Assembly (NCBI RefSeq): GCF_000143415.4
Contig: NW_003314361.1
Coordinates: 248,001-312,000, forward strand
Source: Selaginella moellendorffii
Lineage: Eukaryota; Plantae; Lycopodiophyta
Reading direction: 5' to 3'
Length of the DNA: 64,000 bases
Made by a program: the position numbers and the translations under genes. The notes below the pieces were generated by a model. That model ran no database searches. It saw nothing but the letters and a program-made list of their open reading frames with translations, and was not told the DNA's origin. Positions 60,601 through 64,000 of the stretch are shown here, one piece after another. Within the stretch, counting starts at the first letter, position 1. The number at the start of each line of letters is the position of its first letter.

Positions 60601-63600
60601 TCGAGAGTATCATCAAGGGGTTCACTTGGCACCGGTTCATCCAGTGTTTACTTTCCAAGCTCGTTTTTATAACAAGAGGTTTCCTATTATTCTCTCCGTG
60701 TTGGTTGATACAGGTTTGAGTTTATCTTCTATTGCTAGACCTATTGCCACACATTGTCATCTACACTTGCGTCGTGCGGCAGATCCAGTTTTCATTCTTT
60801 ATGGCAACAGCCGTACACATGCATGTGCATGAGATGAGGCGGACCTGGTTGTGCGTGTGGGCAATCTCGAGCTTGAGTTGCAGTCGTTGCGGGTGGTGCC
60901 GAGTCAAGCTTTTGACCTCATTTTTGGTATAGATTGGTTGTAGTACAATCATGCCAAATGTGATTTTGAGGCTTCTCCCCCTTGTCTCATACTTCCTTAT
61001 ATTTCATCCATTCCTCTCACTTCCGTACCTCTTCGTCCCTCTACCTCTACCTCTGCTTCCATTACTTTTGTTCCCCCACTATTTCCTCCTATGTTTCCAT
61101 CTTGTTTTGCTCTTCCCATTTTTAATCCCTTCGATGATCTTTGTGTTGCAGCTGTTAACCGGCTCATGAAGGAGTATTCTGATCTCTTTGAATTTGACCT
61201 ATCGTCTGGGGCCAAGATTGCCACATGTCATCTGATTCCAACCGGGGATGCTCGTCCAATCAAGGTTCCTATTCGTCGTCGGTCACCCAAAGAGATCAAG
61301 ATCTTAAGTGCAAACGTCAAAAAGAAGTCGTTAGTTCACCAAGCTAGATCTTGCTTCTGGGTACTGGCAAGTACCGATGGCCGAAGAAGATATTCCTAAA
61401 ACTGTTTTTCGTACATCATTTGGGTTGTACGAGTTCTTGGTGATGCTGTTTGGTTTAAGCAATGCTCCAGCAACTTTCCAGCGGATGATGGACGAGGTTC
61501 TTTGTGATATGCCAGAGGTGACTACTGACTTCATTGATGATGTCTTGATTCACTCGGAGGGGACGTAGGAGGAGCATGTTCATGATGTTTGTAAAGTGTT
61601 GGATCGGCTACGCGACGTTGGTTTAAAGCTGAAGCAGTCAAAGTGCGTGTTTGGGTCCAAGGATACAACTTATCTTGGGTACCGTATTTTTCGTGAGGGT
61701 TTGCAAGTTGATTCTGACAAACTTGTGGCTGTTCTAAAGTTCCTTAGTCCGAAGTGTGTGAATGATGTGCAGCGCTTCTTGGGCAAGGTGCAATATCTTG
61801 GTCATTTTGTGGATCATCTTTTTGATCGCACTCGACTGTTGCGAGCATTGCTAAAGTTATCAAAATCATCTTTCATCTAGTCTCCGGATTGTGAGCAAGC
61901 ATTCGGGGATCTCAAAGAGCTATTGACGACTCCTCCGGTTTTGGCATATCCTGACTACATTCGACCTTTTATTTTGCGCGTGGATGCTTCTGACATTGGT
62001 CTTGGAGGTGTGTTGATGCAAGAGAGCTCAAGTGTGCCTAGTCAGTGCCATCCTATTGCGTATATAAGCCATACATTACAACCAGCAAAAATGAACTACT
62101 CCACAACAGAGAAGGAGTGTTTAGCAGCAGTTTGGGGTTCCGAGAAACTTCATGCATATCTACATGGTTCTCGGATGTTACTTGAAGGTGATCATGCTGT
62201 TGTTACTTCATTATTGAAGCAGAAGAACCTGGTTGGTCGTACTGCTCGATGGGCTTTAAAGCTTCAGATATATGATTTTGATGTTGTTTATCGCCCAGGG
62301 AGTTCTATGGCTGATGTTGATGCCCTATCTCGAGCTCCTCTTCCTTCTCCATTCTCTTCTCATGTTTCTGATGAGCCTATTGTTCCAGCCTCTGTGGATT
62401 TTCTAGACGAGGATTCTGTATTGTCGGCGGTTGCTGTACTTGACGTTCAATGTCCACAAGGTGCAGAGCAAGATCTACCTTCTCTTGATGAGGTTCATGA
62501 GGCTCAAAAGATTGAGTCATGGATTCGAAGGCTTCGAGATGGGTTTGAGAATCCTGCATCACTTGCTAATGACTTGCTTTTCCGACATTTACATTCTCAA
62601 TATCACCTTGAAGACGGCCTTCTTTATTTTGTGGGGACGGATCTTGATGATCATTTACAGCTGGTGGTGCCTTCTATCTTTATTCCGCGGTTTCTCCATG
62701 CCTACCATGATTCCCCTGTTCTAGGTGGGCATATGGGACATCGTCGTGTAACCGAGAAGTTGCACAGGTCTTTCTATTGGCCGGAGATGCGACGTGATAT
62801 TATCCGGTATGTGCATAGCTGTGTTTGGTGCCAAGCTCGTAATACTCCCCCTTGGGCTGCGGAAGGACGATTGGAGTCAATTGCAGTTTCCCGTCCGTTT
62901 GAGTTGGTGGCGTTTGATCTTATGGGACCTTTTCCACGGTCAACTGCTGGTAATGAGTATGTTATTATTGCTTCTGACTACTTGACTCGTTGGTTGGAAG
63001 TTGGTGCTTTTGCTAGCGCCTCTGCAACTGCTGTTGGATACTTCCTCCTCAATCGAGTGGTGTTCCAACATTCTTGTCCAGAGTAGATTCTTTTGGATAA
63101 TGGTCCCGCATTTATGGCTGAGGCATTTCATGTTTTGACTTCTCGATTGGGGATACGCCACACTTTCACAAGTGCTTATCATCCACAATCAGACGGTCTG
63201 GTGGAACGGCTCATTCGGACATTCAAGGGGATGATTGCAAAGTATGTGAACTTTCAGCATTCGGATTGGGATGGTTATTTGCCGTCTCTTCGGTATGCAT
63301 ATGTCACAGGGGTGCAGAGTTCTATTAGTGCTTCACCATATAAACTCTTATATGGTCATGATCTAATATTACGAACGAAATTAGGTTTACCTTCACGATT
63401 GCCACGAGCTGCAGATGCTAGGTCATGGGATCAGTATTTGACGAGCATTCTTCCACTTGTCCGAGCGGAGTCTGCCGAACACTTAGGCTGCCTACAAGTG
63501 GGACAACAACGGCAGTACAACTCCCATCATCGTGCACCTGCGAAGTACAAAATGGATGATTTGGTGTTAGTCTATTTTCCCCATCTTACGGTACATGGTT

Positions 63601-64000
63601 TATCTAAGGGGCTCCTTGCACAGTGGAAAGGACCATATCAGGTGTTACGGCAAGTTGGACTACAAGTTTATAAGGTTCGGCATAACGTCCAGCAAGCCGA
63701 TCCTCCAAAGATTGTGCATATGCAGCGGTTGAAACGCTGTATACAAAGGGATCAGGAGCAGTTAATACCACCTACAGATTCGCCAATGCCTCCTCCTAAC
63801 GTTCCTCCAGGTCCCGGCCTGTCTACAAGAGAACCCTGATAGTCTTCCATTATTCCGAGAGAGGGGGATGATGTGAGGGCCAAGTGTATGGCTACGATGC
63901 CGTATATTAATATTAGCATAGTGGGATTTTGGTAGCCGTCGGATTGGTTTCAATCCGGACCATTCACTCATGTATATAAACTAAGGTTTTTGGGCTAATT
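57631..64000 (+). mobile_element. Ty3/Gypsy family B, near full-length copy (split 5' LTR 57631-57706 + 59355-59453; 3' LTR from 63872, cut by the window end)
   Basis: TGTGAG...CTCACA LTR of ~175 bp. It encodes gag (VPMEVD, CWACDEVGH), protease (LVDTG), RT (FIDDVLI), RNaseH (VDASDIGLGG) and integrase (GHMGH...CVWCQ, SAYHPQSDG). PPT GAGAGAGGGGGA. Several stops and a deletion in RT. Confidence 0.95.
57707..59349 (+). mobile_element. Solo LTR inserted into the family B 5' LTR, with a tandem array at ~57940-58350
   Basis: TGTGAG...CTTACA termini with an ATTGG TSD at 57702-57706 and 59350-59354. The uninterrupted site is visible in the 3' LTR at ~63945. Array unit is about GAGTCCGAGATGGACCCGAGGTG. 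Confidence 0.92.

Overview
Eukaryotic plant nuclear DNA, most likely a Selaginella-type lycophyte. This is inferred from 50-70 bp introns, very tight gene spacing, PPR genes built from tandem 31-aa short motifs, and a cyanovirin-N homologue. The first ~31.5 kb is gene-dense. It holds a Glu-rich tail-anchored protein, three intronless PLS/E-class PPR genes, a plastid-type UMP kinase, a GT61 glycosyltransferase, an alpha/beta hydrolase, a secreted CVNH lectin and several orphan genes, one with an unrecognised internally repeated ~90-aa domain and an inverted paralog remnant. From ~33.5 kb to the end is a nested graveyard of Ty3/Gypsy LTR elements, with four insertions bounded by 5-bp target-site duplications (TSDs). 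The most notable element is a complete 578-bp Cassandra-type TRIM whose LTRs carry the 5S rRNA internal Pol III promoter. Two candidate small-RNA hairpins flank the CVNH gene. Exon boundaries were read by eye, and no database search was run.
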